Notes: generated by a model not told the origin, from the sequence alone. DNA of 64,000 nucleotides from Halarcobacter sp. (GCA_048571215.1 CP182352.1:2656001-2720000), one strand, 5' to 3'. Shown: positions 27,941 to 40,525, counted from the stretch's first letter. Numbers and translations: made by a program.

Positions 27941-29596
27941 ATGAGATTTTTTAAACTGAAGTTAATTTTTTTATTTTTATCATTTATTACATTAAATGCT
28001 TATGATATTAATGATAAGGTAATTTACCAAAAAGATTTTGAAAATAAAACAATTTATTTACCATTAAATAACTATAGAACGTTAATATTTGAAGATAGAA
28101 TTAAAAGTATTCAATTAACAAATAGTGAAAATATAACAGCTGAGTTTGTAGATAATAAAATCAGACCTCTGCAAATGTTAAAAATTCTAGGTAAAAATAT
28201 TGGAAGTGAAAGTGCAGTAGTAATCTTAGAAAATGATAAACTAATACAAATAAACTTTAGTATCATGAAAAATTTAGACAATATTATCACCATAGTTAAA
28301 AATACTTACCCTAATTTAATTGTAGAACAAGCAAATGATACTTTAGTATTAAAAGGATATGTTAAAGATTATAAAGAAAAAGATTTAGTAATAGAGATAT
28401 TCAAAAAAGCTGGTGTTGATATAGAAAAAAATTTAGTTAATATGATTGAAACCTCTAGTCCATCAAAAATGATAAAAATTAAAATGTATGCAGTTGAAAT
28501 AAATAATGATAATGGTATAGATTTAAAGAATAATTGGACATTATCAAGCAAAAATTATATGAAAGTTAACGGAGATAATGGATATGTAAACTATCCATCA
28601 AGTTCTTATGGTAGGCCATATATAGAAAGAGATGTTTATTATGATGATGTAGTCAGTATGAGTGATCCAAACTATAATCCTGATTTAACAGGTACAATTA
28701 TACGAAAAGAGATAGAATTTTTAGTTGATAATCAGAAGAATTATCAAAATGTAAATAACCAAAGGAATGAAGGTCTTGATGATGCTTTACAAAATATCAT
28801 CTCTAGTGCAGTTACATTAACAGGAGGATTGACAGGAGTTGCTAACTATTTAGGTAAAAACTTTAATGCAGGCTTAATGCTAAACTATCTTTCAACGGAA
28901 GGAGTTGCAAATGTACTAGATGAGACTACATTGTTAACTTTAGAGAATAAAAATGCCACTTTTCACGCAGGTGGTACTATTATGATTAAAACCCAAACAA
29001 CATCAGCTGAAGGACTCCCTAACTCTACTATTGAACCTATTGATTATGGTTTACAATTAGATTTCAAAGCAAAAAATATAATGAAAAACGAATATATTGA
29101 TTTAGAGATAGATACCAAGTCTACACAAATAGATTGGACAAATCAAGTTGATGGAATACCAAGTTTTCTTGAAAAGAAAATAAAAACAAATGTATTAGCA
29201 CAAAATGGGCATACTATTGTAATTGGTGGACTAGTAAATAATGAAAATTCAAATGACATAAGTAAGATTCCTCTTTTAGGTGATATTCCTATATTAGGAT
29301 TTTTATTTAAAAGTAAATCGTTTAAAGAAGGGAAAAGTGAACTTGTATTTTTTGTAACTCCTGAAATAGTAAGTCCAGAAAATAATAATCAAGAAGAGTT
29401 ATTAAAAAAGACTTCAAAAAAGATTTTAGATACTTCAAGATACAAAAAAAGTCTATTATTTGATAATGATGAAGATAAAAAAAGTGAAAAAAAGAAAAAA
29501 GAAAAAGTCTTGCCAGAAACTACGCCTAATACTGACACTTCAACAACAAAACCTCTAAATCACAAAGAGATTGTAGATAAAATTTATGGTAGATAA
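27941..29596 (+). CDS. rcpA: RcpA/CpaC outer-membrane secretin
   Basis: Signal peptide, N-domain, BON-like LVLKGYV, secretin signature IVIGGL...KIPLLGDIPILGFLFKS...ELVFFVTPEIV. Confidence 0.93.
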   Translation: MRFFKLKLIFLFLSFITLNAYDINDKVIYQKDFENKTIYLPLNNYRTLIFEDRIKSIQLTNSENITAEFVDNKIRPLQMLKILGKNIGSESAVVILENDKLIQINFSIMKNLDNIITIVKNTYPNLIVEQANDTLVLKGYVKDYKEKDLVIEIFKKAGVDIEKNLVNMIETSSPSKMIKIKMYAVEINNDNGIDLKNNWTLSSKNYMKVNGDNGYVNYPSSSYGRPYIERDVYYDDVVSMSDPNYNPDLTGTIIRKEIEFLVDNQKNYQNVNNQRNEGLDDALQNIISSAVTLTGGLTGVANYLGKNFNAGLMLNYLSTEGVANVLDETTLLTLENKNATFHAGGTIMIKTQTTSAEGLPNSTIEPIDYGLQLDFKAKNIMKNEYIDLEIDTKSTQIDWTNQVDGIPSFLEKKIKTNVLAQNGHTIVIGGLVNNENSNDISKIPLLGDIPILGFLFKSKSFKEGKSELVFFVTPEIVSPENNNQEELLKKTSKKILDTSRYKKSLLFDNDEDKKSEKKKKEKVLPETTPNTDTSTTKPLNHKEIVDKIYGR

Positions 29597-29615
29597 AATC
29601 TTAGATTTTATCTAC
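29589..29615. terminator. Bidirectional hairpin joining the rcpA and dxs stop codons
   Basis: GTAGATAAAATC-tta-GATTTTATCTAC. Confidence 0.65.
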
Positions 29616-31403
29616 TAATTGTTTAGGTAAAATACCTAAACTCTCCTCAACTAATTTTGTCTCACCATGTTGAATAAAGTCATCTTCATACTCAAAAGAG
29701 ATAAGATTTACATTAGATATATTTTTTGAATTTAAAAACTCTAATATAGCACTTCCAACTCCACCTTGCTTTTGAGAATCTGAAAAAATATACCACTTAT
29801 CATATTTTTTAGAAAGTTCTAAAAGTAATTTTTCATCTAGAGGTTTTACAAATCTTAAGTCAAGTACTGTTATATCTTCATCATGAAGCTTTTGGGTTTC
29901 TATAGCTCTACTAACCCCTGCTCCATACCCTATAAATAGCTTATTTGATGAACCTTCTCTTAATATTTCACTTTTACCCAACTCAAATGGTTTAGCTTCA
30001 TATTCTAGTTCTGCAAAAGCTCCTCTTGGATATCTTATTGCACAAGGAGAACTTGCATGATATGCAAACTCTAGTACATCTTGTAAAGTTTTGTTATCTC
30101 TTGGAGCACAAAGAATCATATTTGGTATAAATCTTAAATATGAGATATCAAAAGCCCCTTGATGTGTTTCTCCATCATTTCCAACTATTCCAGCTCTATC
30201 AATAGCAAATACAACTGGCATGTTCATCAAACAAACATCATGAATAATTTGATCAAAGCCCCTTTGTAAAAAGGTTGAATAGATTGTAATAAAAGGTTTA
30301 AATCCCTCTTTTGCCATAGCAGCCATCGAAGTTACTGCATGCTGTTCAGCTATTGCAACATCCCAAAATCTTGTAGGAAACTCTGCCATTAGCTTATCGA
30401 TCCCTGTTCCACTTGGCATAGCAGCAGTAACTCCAACTACATTATCATATTTTCTTGCAAGTTCAAGCAAAGCATCAGCAAATATAGAAGTAGCTGATTT
30501 TTTAGATGATTTTTTTTCAAATTCTCCATCATCAACATTAAATGGTCCAACCCCATGCCAATGTTCATGTTGACCTTCAGCTATCTTGTACCCTTTACCT
30601 TTAACCGTATGGGCATGGACGATTACTGGTTTTTTCATCCTTTTTGCCATCTCTAAAGTATCAATTATCTCTTCTAAATCGTGTCCATCAATTGGACCAA
30701 TATAATCTATACCCATCTCTTCAAAAATAATTCCAGGGGTGATAAGCTTCATACTCTCTTCAATTTTTTTAGCTATATATGTTGCACCCTCTGGAAGATG
30801 TTGAATTATATTTTTATCAACTCGTTCTTTAAAACTTTGATAAAATTTACCAGCTAATATTTTACTTAAATATTTAGATATAGCTCCAATAGGTTTTGCT
30901 ATAGACATCTCATTATCATTTAATACTATAACCATTGGGTATTTTCTATCACCTAACTCATTTAAAGCTTCATAAACCATCCCAGCAGTCATAGAACCAT
31001 CACCAATCATTACAACAGGAACTCTATCTTCCCCCTTAAGTTTAATAGCCTTAGCTGCGCCCACAGCAAGTGAAATAGAGGTTGAGCTATGTCCAGCTAC
31101 AAAATAATCAGCATCTGATTCTTTTGGTTTAGTAAACCCACTAAGCCCACCAAATTGTCTAATAGTTTCAAACTTATCCCATCTATCGTTTATAAGCTTA
31201 TGTGGATAACATTGGTGTGATACATCATATATAAAGGGATCTTTACTAACATCAAATACTTTATGCATAGCAACTGTTAATTCAACTGCTCCTAAAGTAG
31301 ATGAAAAGTGCCCACCTTTTCTTGAAACTACATCAATTATACGATCTCTAATATCTGAGCAAACTTGTTCTAATTCTTTTAAACTTTTAGTTTTTATTTC
31401 CAT
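29601..31403 (-). CDS. dxs: 1-deoxy-D-xylulose-5-phosphate synthase
   Basis: GGHFSSTLGAVEL, GDGSMTAG...NDN TPP motif, DVAIAEQHAV, DGETHQG. Confidence 0.98.
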   Translation of the reverse strand: MEIKTKSLKELEQVCSDIRDRIIDVVSRKGGHFSSTLGAVELTVAMHKVFDVSKDPFIYDVSHQCYPHKLINDRWDKFETIRQFGGLSGFTKPKESDADYFVAGHSSTSISLAVGAAKAIKLKGEDRVPVVMIGDGSMTAGMVYEALNELGDRKYPMVIVLNDNEMSIAKPIGAISKYLSKILAGKFYQSFKERVDKNIIQHLPEGATYIAKKIEESMKLITPGIIFEEMGIDYIGPIDGHDLEEIIDTLEMAKRMKKPVIVHAHTVKGKGYKIAEGQHEHWHGVGPFNVDDGEFEKKSSKKSATSIFADALLELARKYDNVVGVTAAMPSGTGIDKLMAEFPTRFWDVAIAEQHAVTSMAAMAKEGFKPFITIYSTFLQRGFDQIIHDVCLMNMPVVFAIDRAGIVGNDGETHQGAFDISYLRFIPNMILCAPRDNKTLQDVLEFAYHASSPCAIRYPRGAFAELEYEAKPFELGKSEILREGSSNKLFIGYGAGVSRAIETQKLHDEDITVLDLRFVKPLDEKLLLELSKKYDKWYIFSDSQKQGGVGSAILEFLNSKNISNVNLISFEYEDDFIQHGETKLVEESLGILPKQLVDKI

Positions 31404-31409
31404 AATTAC

Positions 31410-32531
31410 TTATAAATTCTCTTGTTTTTCAAGTTCAGCTAATACTTTATCTAAAACAGAAAAAACTTTCGTATTTTGTTCATTACTTCCAATTGTAATT
31501 CTAATAGCATTTACTCCATATCCTGTTAAGTCTCTAACAATTATCCCTTTTTCAAGGAGGTGTTGAGCTACTTCAGATGAGATATATTTATTATCAAATT
31601 TTAGTGTAATAAAATTTGTATAACTATCTATATATGAGAACCCTTTTTGTTTTGCATACTCTTCGTATCTTTTCATCTCTTTAAAATTAAGCTCAATACA
31701 TTTTGTTACAAACTCTTCATCTTTTAAAGACTCAATGGCAGCTGCCAAACTTAAAGTTGTGATATTAAATGGTGGTCTTAATTTATACATAGTTTTAATA
31801 ATATTTTCTTGTGCTATTCCATATCCAACTCTCATACCACCTAAAGCATATGCTTTAGAAAAAGTTCCAAGATAGATAGTATTTGGAAAATGTTCGATTA
31901 AATCTGCTGCATCAATATGTTTTTTATCATCTTTAAAAGAAGCATATTCTTGATATGCCCCATCAACAACTACAAGAGTATCTTTATCAACTTTTTTTAT
32001 GAATTCATATACAGCTTCTTTATCTAAACACTCTCCCAATGGATTATTTGGTAAACATAAGAAAATTATATCTGCTCCATGCTCTTTATACATAGCTTCA
32101 AATTGTTCTAAATTGTGTTCATCATCTTTTGTTTTTAAAACTTCACACCCTGTTTGTCTACCATAAATTTCATACATTGCAAAAGTTACATTACTCATAA
32201 GTATTTTAGAGTTTTCATTACATTTTGCCTTAATAACAAAATCTATGATTTGATCACTTCCCTCACCAATTACAATATTTGAACTTGCAACCTTAAACTT
32301 AGATGCAAGTGATTCTTTCAATTCATACATAGAATCATCAGGGTACATAAACATATTTTTTGCTAACTCTTGTATCTTTTTAACAACTTTTGGTGATGTT
32401 CCATATGGATTCTCATTTGAGGCTAATTTTATTATATCTTTTGTATCAACACCATATTCTCTTACAACAAGTTCAATAGGCTTTCCAGCTTCATAAATCT
32501 TACAATTATCTAATACTTTATTAAACTCCAT
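31410..32531 (-). CDS. hisC: Histidinol-phosphate aminotransferase
   Basis: [31 protein letters not shown]. Confidence 0.96.
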   Translation of the reverse strand: MEFNKVLDNCKIYEAGKPIELVVREYGVDTKDIIKLASNENPYGTSPKVVKKIQELAKNMFMYPDDSMYELKESLASKFKVASSNIVIGEGSDQIIDFVIKAKCNENSKILMSNVTFAMYEIYGRQTGCEVLKTKDDEHNLEQFEAMYKEHGADIIFLCLPNNPLGECLDKEAVYEFIKKVDKDTLVVVDGAYQEYASFKDDKKHIDAADLIEHFPNTIYLGTFSKAYALGGMRVGYGIAQENIIKTMYKLRPPFNITTLSLAAAIESLKDEEFVTKCIELNFKEMKRYEEYAKQKGFSYIDSYTNFITLKFDNKYISSEVAQHLLEKGIIVRDLTGYGVNAIRITIGSNEQNTKVFSVLDKVLAELEKQENL

Positions 32532-32541
32532 CTTTATACTC

Positions 32542-33609
32542 CTAAATATCTTCTACTTCTTTTACATACGAACCTAAAAATTTTATACTATCTTTATGTT
32601 TCTCAAATATAGTTTTCACATTATCATCTTCTCTATGACCATCAAAATCGATAAAGAAAACAGAAACCCCCTCTACTATATGAGATTTTATTTTTGTTAA
32701 ATTTATACCAGCTTTATCAAAATCTATTAAAAAATCAACCAAAGCCCCAGGGGTATTTGGAAGTCTAGCTAATATAGAGGTTTTATCATATCCCGATTGG
32801 GCATTTTCAAAATCACTTACAATAAAAAATCTTGTTTTATTGTTATCTTTATCCTCAATATTTTCAAATAATATTGGAAGATTATGAAGTTTTGCTCCAA
32901 CATGTGGGCAAATTGCAGCAGCACCCTCTTCCCCTAGAGCTAATCTCGCAGCTTTTGTTGTTGATTCAACAGGGATTTGTTCCACTTCATCTAAACCAAA
33001 ATTTTCTAAAAATCTTCTACATTGTTCAAAGGCTATATCTTTTGAATAAATCTTTTTAATATCTGTAACTTTATCACATTTTGTTGCTAAAGTATGATGG
33101 ATATTTAATATTACCTCAGCAATGATTTTCAAATCATAATTAGTTAAACAATTAATAGTATCACTTACAATTCCATTTGATGAATTTTCAATAGGGATAA
33201 CTCCAAACTTAGCTTTTTGGGTACTAACTTCTCTAAAGATACCTTTTATTGAACCAATTGAGATATAAGAACTCATTGCTCCAAATCTAGCCTCAGCTGC
33301 TTGGTGAGTAAAACTTCCCTCCGGTCCTAGGTAAGCAATATTTTCAGGTAACTCATAATTTCTTGAGATTGCAAAAATCTCTAAAAACAGTGCTTCTATT
33401 GCACTCCTATTTAGTTTTCCTGTATTTAACTGTTCAAGTCTATCTATGATAGCTTTTTCCCTTTCAGGTCTATATATTGCTCCACCACTTTTTGCTTTCA
33501 AAACTCCAACTTGATGAACAATATCCATTCTTTCGTTAATAAGTTTTAATAACTCATTATCAATGGCATCTAATTTATCTCTTAACTCTTGTAAGCCTGA
33601 TTCATTCAT
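32542..33609 (-). CDS. pheA: Chorismate mutase/prephenate dehydratase (P-protein)
   Basis: N-terminal chorismate mutase domain, [29 protein letters not shown] domain. Confidence 0.97.
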   Translation of the reverse strand: MNESGLQELRDKLDAIDNELLKLINERMDIVHQVGVLKAKSGGAIYRPEREKAIIDRLEQLNTGKLNRSAIEALFLEIFAISRNYELPENIAYLGPEGSFTHQAAEARFGAMSSYISIGSIKGIFREVSTQKAKFGVIPIENSSNGIVSDTINCLTNYDLKIIAEVILNIHHTLATKCDKVTDIKKIYSKDIAFEQCRRFLENFGLDEVEQIPVESTTKAARLALGEEGAAAICPHVGAKLHNLPILFENIEDKDNNKTRFFIVSDFENAQSGYDKTSILARLPNTPGALVDFLIDFDKAGINLTKIKSHIVEGVSVFFIDFDGHREDDNVKTIFEKHKDSIKFLGSYVKEVEDI

Positions 33610-34385
33610 ATTTTGTCCTCTTTTAAAAGCTTTAATACTTCACTCATATCTTTACATATAAAATTTGGCTTCTCATCTTGATTGAGTGAATTTTCTACTT
33701 CTTTTTCACTTTTTACTTTTCCACTTAAAACTAGGCAAGTTTTCATATTGAATTTTTGTGCCCCAAGTAAATCTCCAATCATATCATCACTTATAATAGT
33801 AATATCTTTAAAATCCACATTAATTAAGCCCTTTGCATTTTCAAAAAAATTAAGGCTTGGTTTACCAACTACCTTATAATCTTTATTTACTGCATATTTT
33901 ATCATATTCATTATTGCACCAACGCCTGGGTACCTTTTCCCATCTTTGTTATATGTTGATGTTTCATGCATACCAATAAGTTCATTACACTTTAAAGCTG
34001 CTTCTATCATTTGGGCATAATCTTCATTTGTATACTCTTTTTTAACTGATACCACTAAAGCTTCAGGAGTATCAAAATCTATCTCATAACCTAATTTTTT
34101 AATAATCTTTAAAAATGAATCTTGTCCAAAGGCTGCAAGCTTTTTAGCCTTTAGTTCATCTTCTAAGATAAAAAAAGGATCTATATAGTTTTTTATATTA
34201 AATCCTTTATTTTTCAAATCCTCTTTGAAAGTATCACTTTCATGTTTTGTGTTATTTGTAATAACAACATAAGGAGTATTTGTATCATTTAAAAAATCTA
34301 TAAATTCACAAGCACCTTTTATTGGCTCTTTACTTGCGTCATCTATTAGTGTACCTTGTACATCTATAAAAAAAGCCTTACTCAT
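33606..34385 (-). CDS. HAD-IIA (NagD-like) hydrolase
   Basis: FIDVQGTL, ITNN, VGKPS, SDD..GD, VLSGK. Confidence 0.88.
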   Translation of the reverse strand: MSKAFFIDVQGTLIDDASKEPIKGACEFIDFLNDTNTPYVVITNNTKHESDTFKEDLKNKGFNIKNYIDPFFILEDELKAKKLAAFGQDSFLKIIKKLGYEIDFDTPEALVVSVKKEYTNEDYAQMIEAALKCNELIGMHETSTYNKDGKRYPGVGAIMNMIKYAVNKDYKVVGKPSLNFFENAKGLINVDFKDITIISDDMIGDLLGAQKFNMKTCLVLSGKVKSEKEVENSLNQDEKPNFICKDMSEVLKLLKEDKI

Positions 34386-34388
34386 AAA

Positions 34389-35597
34389 TTATTTTATAAA
34401 CTCCTCTTCAAGTGCAATTATATCTTCAAAAACTTCTCTTTTTCTAATAAGTCTATCTTCCCCATCTTCAAGTGCTACTTCTGCTACTTTTCCTCTTGTA
34501 TTATAGTTACTTGCCATGGTAAAACAATAAGCCCCTGCACTATAAATTGCTACTAGATCATTATGTGTAGTTTTTGGAAGCTCTATATTTTTTGCAAAAA
34601 AGTCTCCACTTTCACAAACAGGACCAACTAAATTACAATCACTAAACTCTTTATTATCATTTAGAACTTCTATTTTATGATATGCATCATATAAACTTGG
34701 TCTAATCAAATCATTCATAGCCCCATCAACAATAACAAATCTTTTTTCACCATTTATTTTCTCATATAATACTTTTGATAAAAATACTCCACAATTTCCA
34801 ACTAAAAATCTTCCAGGCTCACAAACTACAGTAATATCAAGACCAAACATCGCTTCTAAAACTGATTGTGCATATTCATTTGTATCAATTAACTTTTCAT
34901 CATCATAAACTATACCTAAACCACCACCAATATCCATAAATGATAACTCAATATTGATAGCTTTTAGGTTTCTAACTAAATCAGCAACTATTTTAACTGA
35001 CTCTTTTATTGGTTCAAGTTGTGTTAACTGTGAACCGATATGACAATGAATACCAACAGGATCTAAATTTTCAGAGTTTTTACACTGAATATACATTCTC
35101 TTAGCAGTATCAATATCAACTCCAAATTTATTTTCATGTAAACCAGTTGAGATATATGGATGGGTTTGTGGATCAATATTTGGATTAACTCTAATAGATA
35201 TTCTAGCAGTTTTTCCAAGCTGACGTGCAATTAGTTCAACTCTTTGTAATTCCGCATCTGATTCTACATTTATCATCAAAATATCAAGTTCTAAAGCTGT
35301 TTTTATCTCCTCATCAATTTTTCCAACACCAGAAAAAATTATCTTATAAGCAGGTATTCCAACTTTTATAGCTCTTTTAACCTCTCCAATACTAACACAA
35401 TCAGCTCCAGCCCCAAGATTTGCTAAATGTTTTATAACACTTAAATTTGAGTTTGCCTTAACAGCATATGCAATTAAAGATTTTCTAGCTTTAAAAGCAC
35501 CTTTTAACTCTTCATATTGTGTTGTTATGTGATTAAAATTGTACACATAAAGTGGTGTACCATATTTATTTGCTAACTCTTTAAAATTAATACTCAT
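34389..35597 (-). CDS. lysA: Diaminopimelate decarboxylase
   Basis: YAVKANS, HIGSQ, EPGR, GPVCESGD. Confidence 0.98.
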   Translation of the reverse strand: MSINFKELANKYGTPLYVYNFNHITTQYEELKGAFKARKSLIAYAVKANSNLSVIKHLANLGAGADCVSIGEVKRAIKVGIPAYKIIFSGVGKIDEEIKTALELDILMINVESDAELQRVELIARQLGKTARISIRVNPNIDPQTHPYISTGLHENKFGVDIDTAKRMYIQCKNSENLDPVGIHCHIGSQLTQLEPIKESVKIVADLVRNLKAINIELSFMDIGGGLGIVYDDEKLIDTNEYAQSVLEAMFGLDITVVCEPGRFLVGNCGVFLSKVLYEKINGEKRFVIVDGAMNDLIRPSLYDAYHKIEVLNDNKEFSDCNLVGPVCESGDFFAKNIELPKTTHNDLVAIYSAGAYCFTMASNYNTRGKVAEVALEDGEDRLIRKREVFEDIIALEEEFIK

Positions 35598-35670
35598 TTT
35601 ATTCCTATACTTTTAAAATCTTAATTTAAAATTTCACCAAATTTTAAATCAAAATCTCCTATTTTATAAA

Positions 35671-37350
<1,680 letters not shown>

Positions 37351-37352
37351 AT

Positions 37353-38549
37353 TTATTCCTCAATAACCAAAGCTTTTACACCTGGTAATATTTTACCTTC
37401 AATTAACTCCAATGAAGCACCACCACCAGTTGAGATAAAAGTCATATCATCTTCATCTCCTGTTACTCTAACTAAATCAGCAGTATCACCACCACCAACT
37501 ACAGTTGTTGCAAAAGATTGTGCAACTGTATTAGAGATTCGTGTACTCCCTTTTGCAAATTTTTCCATCTCATAAACACCCATTGGTCCATTCCACAAAA
37601 TTGTATTTGCATCAGAAAGGGCTAATCTAAATAGTTGTGCCGTTGCTGGTCCTATATCTAAGCCCATCCACTCACTTGGTATCTCTTGAACTGTTACATG
37701 TTTGGCAATTGCTTCAGCATCAAAAGCCTCTGCAACAACAATATCTACAGGTAAATATAGTTTTACACCTAAATCCTTCGCCTCTTGCATAATTTTTAAT
37801 GCTTCTGGGATTAAATCATCTTCAACTAAAGATTTACCAACCTCATAACCTAAAGCTTTTAAGAAAGTAAATGCCATACCTCCACCAATTAAAATCTTAT
37901 CAACTTTTGTTATAAGATTATGTAAAACCTCTAGTTTACCAGAAACTTTTGAACCACCTACAATAGATACAAATGGTCTTTTAGGATTTTCAACAATTTT
38001 ATGGAAAAACTTAATCTCTTTTGCTAGTAAAAATCCAGCTGCTTTATGTTTTATATCAAAATGTTTTGTAATAGCCTCTACAGACGAGTGGGCTCTATGT
38101 GAAACACCAAAAGCATCATTGATGTATATATCTGCCATTGAAGCTAATTTTGCCGCAAACTCTTCATCATTTTTTGTTTCACCAGAGTTATATCTTAGGT
38201 TTTCTAAAAGTAAAATCTCACCTGCTTGTAAATTTTTTGCTAATTCTATAGTATCATCTTGTGCAACATTTTTAGCCATTTTTATCTCTTGTTTTAAAAG
38301 AGTGTGAAGTCTTTTAGCTACAGGTTTAAGAGAATATTTTTCTTCACCAGGCTCAGTAGGTCTACCAAAATGAGAAGCTAAAATAATAGAACAATCCCTA
38401 TCAATACAGTATCTAATAGTATTTAAAGCACTTCTAATTCTTCTATCATCACTAATATTATTGTATTCATCCATAGGAACATTAAAATCACATCTAATAA
38501 ATACTTTTTTACCATCAATATCAATATTTTTAATCTCTTGTAATTTCAT
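37353..38549 (-). CDS. pgk: Phosphoglycerate kinase
   Basis: [31 protein letters not shown]. Confidence 0.98.
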   Translation of the reverse strand: MKLQEIKNIDIDGKKVFIRCDFNVPMDEYNNISDDRRIRSALNTIRYCIDRDCSIILASHFGRPTEPGEEKYSLKPVAKRLHTLLKQEIKMAKNVAQDDTIELAKNLQAGEILLLENLRYNSGETKNDEEFAAKLASMADIYINDAFGVSHRAHSSVEAITKHFDIKHKAAGFLLAKEIKFFHKIVENPKRPFVSIVGGSKVSGKLEVLHNLITKVDKILIGGGMAFTFLKALGYEVGKSLVEDDLIPEALKIMQEAKDLGVKLYLPVDIVVAEAFDAEAIAKHVTVQEIPSEWMGLDIGPATAQLFRLALSDANTILWNGPMGVYEMEKFAKGSTRISNTVAQSFATTVVGGGDTADLVRVTGDEDDMTFISTGGGASLELIEGKILPGVKALVIEE

Positions 38550-38563
38550 TTACTATCTTCCTC

Positions 38564-39562
38564 TTATTTATTTGCTACGTAAACTGCCATATCTACTAAT
38601 CTTGATGAATATCCCCATTCATTATCGTACCAAGTCATGATTTTAATCATATCATCTCCAATAACTTGCGTTAAATCTGATGCAACAATTGTAGAGTTTG
38701 TATTTCCAATTAAATCACTTGAAACCATCATATTATTGTCTATTGCAACTATTCCTGCTAACTCTTTTGCTTTTTCTTCAAATAAAGCTGTTACTTCCTC
38801 TTTTGATGTTTTTTTATTTACAACAAAATTTACATCTACCATAGAAACATTTGGAGTTGGAACTCTTACACTTTGCCCATGTAATTTCCCATCAAGTTGA
38901 GGCATGATCAATCTCATTGCTTTTGCAGCACCTGTTGTTGTAGGGATCATATTTTGTGCCCCTGCTCTTGCTCTTCTTTTATCTTTATTATGTTTTACAT
39001 CTAAAATATTTTGATCATTTGTATAAGAATGAATTGTAGTCATAAGACCCTTTTGTATCCCATATGCATCATCAATAATTTTTGCAACTGGTCCTAAGCA
39101 ATTTGTTGTACAAGAAGCATTTGAAATAATCGCTTGCCCTGCATAATCTTTCTCATTTACACCCAGAACAAATGTTGGAGTATCATCTTTTGCAGGAGCT
39201 GACATCACTACTTTTTTAGCTCCATTATCAATATGAACTTGACATTTCTCTTGTGTTAAGTAAGCACCTGTACACTCTAGTACAATATCTGCTCCATACT
39301 CTTTAGAAAATGTTAACTCTGAGGCATCTCTTGTTGAGTATAATTTTGCATTAATTTTACCCATTTTTAAAAAACCATTTTCTACTTTTACTTCTCCATC
39401 AAAAGTACCATGCACTGTATCATATTTTGTAATATACTCTAACATCTCCGGGCTCGCTGTATCATTTATTGCTACTAATTCAACATCATCTCTTTTTGCA
39501 ATTATTCTTGCAACGCATCTTCCTATTCTTCCAAAACCATTTATTGCAACTTTTACAGCCAT
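38564..39562 (-). CDS. gap: Type I glyceraldehyde-3-phosphate dehydrogenase
   Basis: INGFGRIGR, ASCTTNCL, WYDNEWGYS. Confidence 0.98.
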   Translation of the reverse strand: MAVKVAINGFGRIGRCVARIIAKRDDVELVAINDTASPEMLEYITKYDTVHGTFDGEVKVENGFLKMGKINAKLYSTRDASELTFSKEYGADIVLECTGAYLTQEKCQVHIDNGAKKVVMSAPAKDDTPTFVLGVNEKDYAGQAIISNASCTTNCLGPVAKIIDDAYGIQKGLMTTIHSYTNDQNILDVKHNKDKRRARAGAQNMIPTTTGAAKAMRLIMPQLDGKLHGQSVRVPTPNVSMVDVNFVVNKKTSKEEVTALFEEKAKELAGIVAIDNNMMVSSDLIGNTNSTIVASDLTQVIGDDMIKIMTWYDNEWGYSSRLVDMAVYVANK

Positions 39563-39653
39563 TTCAACCCTTTTGTATATAATAATTTGGGGGATATTTT
39601 ATCCAAAAGTTGCTATAATATAATTTAATCATAAGTTTAAAGGAAAAGATTAG

Positions 39654-40205
39654 GTGAAAATAGCTATTTTTGGTGGTAGTTTTGACCCTCCACATATAGG
39701 TCACCAAACAATTGCAAAAAAGATTGTAAAAAAGTTGGATATTGATTTATTGATTGTTGTTCCAGCATATTTAAATCCTTTAAAAGTTAAATCTTTTTTA
39801 GATGCAAAAACCCGTTTCAAACTTTTAAAAAAACTTTTTAAAAACAAGAGTTTAATAAAAGTTTCAAAGTATGAAATCAAGCAAGAAAGAGCTGTTTATT
39901 CAATAGAAACCATTGAGTATATTATAGAAAAATATAAACCCTCAAAACTCTATTTAGTAATTGGAGCTGATAATTATAAACATTTTAATCTTTGGCACGA
40001 ACACGAAAGGATTAAAAAGTTAGTTGAACTTGTGGTTGTTTCAAGGGATGGGGTAAATGCTAAAAATGATAATGGTGTAAGAAGATTAAAAGTAGATATA
40101 AAAATAAGTTCTACAGAGCTTAGAAATACATTTAATCTTAAATTTATACCAAAAAAGATAAAAAAAGATATAGAAAAAATTTGGAAAAATAGAGGTAAAG
40201 TTTGA
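39654..40205 (+). CDS. nadD: Nicotinate-nucleotide adenylyltransferase
   Basis: GGSFDPPHIGH, IGADN, ISSTELR. Confidence 0.96.
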   Translation: MKIAIFGGSFDPPHIGHQTIAKKIVKKLDIDLLIVVPAYLNPLKVKSFLDAKTRFKLLKKLFKNKSLIKVSKYEIKQERAVYSIETIEYIIEKYKPSKLYLVIGADNYKHFNLWHEHERIKKLVELVVVSRDGVNAKNDNGVRRLKVDIKISSTELRNTFNLKFIPKKIKKDIEKIWKNRGKV

Positions 40206-40525
40206 ATAAAAGAATAGAAAAAATTGTTTCAGTTTTAAATGAAAAAAAAGCAGAAAAAGTAGAAGTTATTGATTTAACCACAAAAGAGTATATCGTTGAT
40301 TATGTAGTTATTGCAACAACACTTAACTCAAAACATGCATTTTCACTTTTAAACTATTTAAGAACTGATTTAAAACCATTAGGTGAAGAGTTTTTAAGAG
40401 TTGATGATGATGAAAACTGGACAATTATTGATTTGGGTGATGTTTTTATTCACCTTATGAGTGAAAAATATAGAGATAAATATACTCTAGAAGATTTTTT
40501 AAGTCAACTTGATAGTAGAAAGTAA
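40202..40525 (+). CDS. rsfS: Ribosome silencing factor
   Basis: EKKAE.V.VID, DYVVIAT, WTIIDLGDVFIHLM, Y.LE; follows nadD. Confidence 0.95.
   Translation: MNKRIEKIVSVLNEKKAEKVEVIDLTTKEYIVDYVVIATTLNSKHAFSLLNYLRTDLKPLGEEFLRVDDDENWTIIDLGDVFIHLMSEKYRDKYTLEDFLSQLDSRK

Noticed and set aside
13085..29600. Prophage, ICE or conjugative T4SS interpretation of the island
   Set aside because: No integrase, relaxase, VirB4 or phage genes and no clear att repeats; the ATPase, platform proteins and secretin are Tad-type.
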